From NCBI GenBank assembly GCA_963750165.1, contig CAVVPN010000003.1, forward strand, positions 288,001 through 352,000: DNA of 64,000 nucleotides, given 5' to 3'. Positions within the stretch are counted from its first letter, which is position 1; each line of letters begins with the position of its first letter. The stretch comes from an uncultured Gemmataceae bacterium (lineage in GTDB: Bacteria; Planctomycetota; Planctomycetia; Gemmatales; Gemmataceae). The translations under genes were made by a program, and so were the position numbers. Below the pieces are notes generated by a model, which was not told the DNA's origin, ran no database searches, and saw only the letters and a list, made by a program, of their open reading frames with translations. Below are positions 59,678-64,000 of this stretch, piece after piece.

Positions 59678-61113
59678 GTGGCCATCCCGCAAGTCGCGAT
59701 TGTCGGCCGGCCGAACGTCGGCAAGTCGTCGCTGTTCAACTGGCTCGCGGGCCGGCGTATCGCCATCGTCGATCCGACGGCCGGCGTCACGCGCGATCGC
59801 CTCACGACCCTGGTGCGCGCCGACGACCGCTTCTTCGAACTGGTGGACACCGGCGGCCTGGGCATTGAGGACGTGGACGGCCTGACCGCCGACATCGAAC
59901 GCCAGATCAACAACGCCATCGAACAGGCCGCCGTGATTCTGTTCATCGTGGACGCGCGCCGGCCTGATGGCCCTGGACGAGGAAGTGGTCCAGCGGCTGC
60001 GGCACGTGACGCCACCGGTGATCCTGGTGGCGAACAAGTGCGACACGCCGGAACTGGAGCCGCAGGTCGCGGAGTTCTACAAGCTCGGCCAGGGCCGGCC
60101 GGTCTGCGTCAGCGCTCGAGCAGAACCGTGGCCGCCAGCTGTTGCTGGACCTGATCCGGGCGCGACTGCCGGCCGCCAGCGACGAGGCGCTGCCGGACCC
60201 GCACGCGGCGTTGAAGTTGGCCATCGTCGGCCGCCGTAACACCGGCAAGAGCACGTTCATCAACTGCCTGGCGGAGGGCGACCGGGTCATCGTCAGCGAG
60301 GTGCCCGGCACCACCCGCGACAGCGTGGACGTGCGCTTCGAGCGCGACGGCAAGGCGTTCATCGCCATCGACACGGCGGGCGTGCGGCGCAAGGGCAGCC
60401 TGGCGTCGGACATTGAGTTTTACAGCCTGGCGCGTGCGGAGCGTTCGATCCGTCGGGCCGATGTGGTGCTGCTGTTCTTCGACGCCGCGGAGTCGGTCAG
60501 CAAGGTGGACAAGCAGCTGGCGCACTACATTCTGGAGGAGCACAAGCCGGCGATCTTCGTGGTGAACAAGTGGGACCTGATGAAGGGGCTGGCGACGGGC
60601 GAGTTCGGGACGTATTTGCGGAAGACGTTCCCGAACCTGGACCATGTGCCGCTGGCGTTCATCACGGCGAAGGACGGCAAGAACGTCAAGGCGGTGCTGA
60701 ACCTGGCCCAGGCGCTGCACAAGCAGGCGAGCGCCCGCGTGAGCACAGCCGACCTGAACCGGGTGTTGCGGCAGGCACTGGAGCAGGCGCCGCCACCGAT
60801 GCGGCAGAACCGGCGGGCGAAGGTGTACTACGCGACGCAGGTGGCGGCCAACCCGCCGACCATCGTGCTGTTCACCAATGGGCCGGAGCTGTTCGACAAC
60901 ACATATCAGCGCTACTTGCTGAAGGCGTTCCGCGATCACCTGCCGTTCCATGAGGTGGCGATCAATCTGTACCTGCGCCGCAGCAAGAGCGAGGAGCGGC
61001 CGGACGCCGCAGCGGAAACCGCGGCGCCGGCGCGGCTGGGGTCGAAGGCAAAGCGGGCGCGGGGGGCGGGCCAGAAGGCGGACGGGGTGCCGGAACTGTG
61101 GCAGGATCTGTAA
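59678..61113 (+). CDS. der: Ribosome biogenesis GTPase Der; frameshifts near 59958 and 60116
   Basis: GRPNVGKSS, GVTRD, DTGG, NKCD; second G domain GRRNTGKST, GTTRD, DTAG, NKWD; KH-like C-terminus. Confidence 0.94.
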
Positions 61114-61125
61114 GGGGGTCCGGGC

Positions 61126-61605
61126 ATGAAGACAGCGAAACGGCGGCTGGGGCTGCTGGCGGCGCTGCTGCTGGGGCTGAGTCCGGTGCTGACGGCGGTG
61201 GCGACGCCGCGGCAGGGGGGCGGGTTCAAGACGGCGGAGTTCAAGGGGAAGGTGCTGCCGCTGGCGAAGGTGCTGGAGCAGCGCGGCGCCAAACTGGACC
61301 CGGACGCGGCGCCGCAGTGGCTGGCGCTGGTGACGGACGACGGCAAGGCGTATCCACTGGTCAAGGACGACGGCAGCCGCATGTTTTTCAAGGACGCCAA
61401 ACTGCTGGGCCGGCCGATGCGGTTGACTGGCCGCCTGGTGGAGGGCACGGGGCTGCTCCAGGTCGTCAACGTGCATAGCTACGTGAAGGGCCAGTTGCAC
61501 GAGGTGTATTACTGGTGCGACATCTGTTCGATCCGCCGCAATGAGTTGAACAAGTGCGACTGCTGCGGTGAGATCCTGGTGCTGCGTGAGGCGCCGGTCA
61601 AGTAA
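61126..61605 (+). CDS. Exported hypothetical protein with a C-terminal CxxC...CxCC metal-binding motif
   Basis: Signal peptide; YYWCDIC...CDCCG. Confidence 0.8.
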   Translation: MKTAKRRLGLLAALLLGLSPVLTAVATPRQGGGFKTAEFKGKVLPLAKVLEQRGAKLDPDAAPQWLALVTDDGKAYPLVKDDGSRMFFKDAKLLGRPMRLTGRLVEGTGLLQVVNVHSYVKGQLHEVYYWCDICSIRRNELNKCDCCGEILVLREAPVK

Positions 61606-61617
61606 CGCGGTAAACAC

Positions 61618-61653
61618 AGGGCCCTGAAGAAGTCAACGCCTCTTCAGGGCCTT
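61618..61653. terminator. Hairpin between convergent genes
   Basis: agggccctgaaga...tcttcagggcctt. Confidence 0.55.
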
Positions 61654-61680
61654 GCTCATTTTCCATTCGCCACTGGCCGA

Positions 61681-63576
61681 TCAACGACCGCCGTCCCGCG
61701 CCGGGTAGACGACGTAACTGCGGCCCTCACCGTCCGAAACCAGTCCGCAGCCGAGGCAGCGCAGGGCGCCCTCGCCCTCGGCGATCAGCCGGCCGAGCCG
61801 GGCCGCGTCGATCTTCAGGTACACGCCGCTCGGCCGCGACGCCACCAGCTGCCGCAGCCAGTCGCTCAGGTCCAGGCAGGCGTCGCGCCGGTCGTTGTGG
61901 CAGTCTTCCTGCCCGACGAGCCGCAGGGCACGCGGATCGACCGGGACGTACACGGACGCCAGCCGATCAACCGCCGGCAACTCCTGCTCCTCCGAATCCT
62001 CGGTCGCCGGCGTGGACGACTCTTCCGTCGTGACGGTGATCGCCGGCGGCACCTCGGTAATTTCCCACAGCACGCGGTCCAGCGCCTCGATCATGTCCCA
62101 CGCGCCGCTGTCCTTCGGTGGCTCCTGCTCCTCCGCGGGCATCTCGCTGGCGCGCTGCTGCTCGATCTGAAACATGCGCTCGATGGCCAGGCGGCCGACG
62201 AGGCTTTCGGGACAGACCATGTGAACTTCCTGGAAGAAGGCATACGCCCGCTCCAGGTCGTTGGCGTTGAAGCAGCGCTCCGCCTCGTGGAACAACTCTT
62301 CCGCCTTGCTCTGGCGGTCGTCGGCGGGCCGCGGCGGCACGGTGGCCGGCGGCACCAGCGGATACCACTGCGGCTCCGGTCGCAGTTCGCGGCGCTGATG
62401 CGGCGACGGCGGCTCTTCCGCCTCCTCCACGCCGGATTCCCATTCCACGGCGCGGCGCAACTTGATCTGGGTGACGCGCACCGCCGCCTTGTGGGCGTAG
62501 CTGCTGGCGGGGCACGCTTCCATCGCTTCCTTGTAAAAGCGGCACGCCATGTCCCGGTCGCCGTTGCGACGGCAGTGCTCGCCGATGAGGTACAGATCAC
62601 GGGCGTCCTTCATGTTCTGCACGTCCGTCTCGCGCAGCACTGGCCGCGCCGGCAACATATGGGCGAACGGGCAGCACGGGCTGCCGTGCTCGTTCTCGTA
62701 ACACGGGCCGTCGTGCTGCGCCCCCGGCCGACAAGCTTCCGCCGCCTGCGCCAGCTCCTCGGCCAGCTCGCGCAGGAACCGCGCCAACTCTTCGACCTCT
62801 TCGCGAGCCGCCTGCTCCTCTTCGGTCGTGTTCGGCTCCTCGGGCATTTGCAGGCTGTCGTCGGACCACGTCTTCCAAAATTCGGACAGGGTGAACAGCC
62901 GGACCTCGGCCATCGCGGCCAGGTTGCTGTTGGGGCACAGGCGCTGCACTTCCTCGTAGCAGTTGCGGGCCATGTCGTCATCGCCCCGGACGCGGCAGCG
63001 TTCGCCGATCAGGAACAGATGTCGGGCCTCCTTCAACCGGACGGTCACGGCCGGCTCCGGCGGGATGTCGCGCTCGAGGATTGTCGAGGATACCGTGGGC
63101 GGCTCAGTGCAGAGCGTGCGGAACGAGCCGGTCCAGCCGTTCCACTCGTACGTCAGGCCGCCGCCGGGCAGAAAGGGCTCGCCGTCGGGGAACAGTTCCG
63201 TCTTGTCGGAAACGAAGTCATCAATCTTACGGATCGATGACCCCTCTCTGAAAGTCGGGAGCATTTCCCCGGTTTTCTCCGGCGTCCGCTCCTGACCGAA
63301 ATTCAGTTCGATGCCACTCGCGGGCGTGGCGGCCACCGCCTGCCAGACGTGGCGCACGACGGTCAGTACGGACGTGGTGAGATGCCTGCAGCCCGTGACG
63401 GCGGCCGTGGGCTGCTTCTCCTGGTCCACGATGGGGTCCGCGGCGAAGGCGGCACAACTGGGCCGCGGGTCGAGCGGCAGGTCGGCCGGGTGCTGGGCGG
63501 CGGCCGTCGCCGGGGTCAGGCCGGCCAACGTCAGCACGGCCGCGGTGAGTGTGGCGCTCACAAAGCGCTTGGACAT
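61681..63576 (-). CDS. Exported hypothetical protein with three dispersed TPR-like Cys-containing units
   Basis: Signal peptide MSKRFVSATLTAAVLTLAG; three A..L(F/Y)..(G/A)E.C...D...A...(Y/F).E....CP.S units. Confidence 0.75.
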   Translation of the reverse strand: MSKRFVSATLTAAVLTLAGLTPATAAAQHPADLPLDPRPSCAAFAADPIVDQEKQPTAAVTGCRHLTTSVLTVVRHVWQAVAATPASGIELNFGQERTPEKTGEMLPTFREGSSIRKIDDFVSDKTELFPDGEPFLPGGGLTYEWNGWTGSFRTLCTEPPTVSSTILERDIPPEPAVTVRLKEARHLFLIGERCRVRGDDDMARNCYEEVQRLCPNSNLAAMAEVRLFTLSEFWKTWSDDSLQMPEEPNTTEEEQAAREEVEELARFLRELAEELAQAAEACRPGAQHDGPCYENEHGSPCCPFAHMLPARPVLRETDVQNMKDARDLYLIGEHCRRNGDRDMACRFYKEAMEACPASSYAHKAAVRVTQIKLRRAVEWESGVEEAEEPPSPHQRRELRPEPQWYPLVPPATVPPRPADDRQSKAEELFHEAERCFNANDLERAYAFFQEVHMVCPESLVGRLAIERMFQIEQQRASEMPAEEQEPPKDSGAWDMIEALDRVLWEITEVPPAITVTTEESSTPATEDSEEQELPAVDRLASVYVPVDPRALRLVGQEDCHNDRRDACLDLSDWLRQLVASRPSGVYLKIDAARLGRLIAEGEGALRCLGCGLVSDGEGRSYVVYPARDGGR

Positions 63577-63669
63577 GAACGATTCCCTCCGTTCCTGGGA
63601 AAAAACGTCGGCCACCCTTAGCGGGAGACGGTCGCCGACGATCCGACACAAGACATGAACTCTGTACCG

Positions 63670-64000
63670 TCAGGCGAAGCGCAGGTGGCGCACTGTCGCC
63701 GGCGGCACGTTGAGAAAGACCCATTGCTCGCGGAACTGGTGGGCGCGGAGTTGCCGTCCCAGCAGGTCGCCGAGCCGGCGCAACCGCTGCCGCTCCGCGG
63801 CGGCAGACAGCAGCCCTTTCAGATCGCGAACCCACAGGTACTCGAAGTAGGACAGGACACCGCCCGGCCGCAGCAGCCGCCGATAGGCCGCGAAGACCTC
63901 CGCCACCAACGACAGGGAGAAGTTGTTCAGCGGCAGCCCCGAAACCAGAAAGTCGTAACACCCCGAGCCGGGCACGTCCTGCAGCGGGGTGTGCAGCAGT
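63670..64000 (-). CDS. PmtA/OlsG-like lipid N-methyltransferase (3' part; runs off the window)
   Basis: YDFLVSGLPLNNF, LRPGGVLSYFEY, V.LNVPPA.V. Confidence 0.75.
   Translation of the reverse strand, partial: LLHTPLQDVPGSGCYDFLVSGLPLNNFSLSLVAEVFAAYRRLLRPGGVLSYFEYLWVRDLKGLLSAAAERQRLRRLGDLLGRQLRAHQFREQWVFLNVPPATVRHLRFA

Noticed and set aside
59678..61113. der, mnmE, ctaA and the helicase as pseudogenes or programmed frameshifts
   Set aside because: Indels fall in GC runs without slippery heptamers or other decay; assembly error is more parsimonious

Overview
High-GC (~70%) bacterial window whose gene content points to Planctomycetota, probably Gemmataceae-like (DUF1501, DUF4159, planctomycete-type cox operon, secreted WD40 proteins). 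From left to right: (1) a minus-strand run of DUF4159 protein, argJ, a four-gene ABC transporter, a CMK-like protein, PNP and rex; (2) an accessory block with an orphan DUF1501, an OprO/P-like porin and a Tat-exported oxalate decarboxylase among gene remnants; (3) a Ski2-like helicase, a MazF-type TA pair, tandem WD40 genes, a methyltransferase and tex; (4) a complete A2-type cytochrome c oxidase operon with unusual insertions; (5) mnmE, a double-VWA protein and yidC; (6) a three-gene signalling module: ECF sigma factor, zinc-anti-sigma(ZAS)-REC-GGDEF fusion, and a stand-alone ZAS paralog, with ECF-like promoter motifs; (7) a membrane glycosylation cluster (flippase-like, 2x GT-C, methyltransferase, GT2, GT87); (8) der and hypotheticals. 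The window is dense in REP-like palindromes from at least seven families, one of them inserted in frame inside a CDS, and in heptamer-repeat hairpins. About ten 1-2 nt frameshifts, including in der and mnmE, look like long-read consensus errors rather than true pseudogenes. The best candidate for an undescribed system is the ECF / ZAS-REC-GGDEF / ZAS module (47750-49992). All family assignments come from motif recognition by eye, not from database searches.
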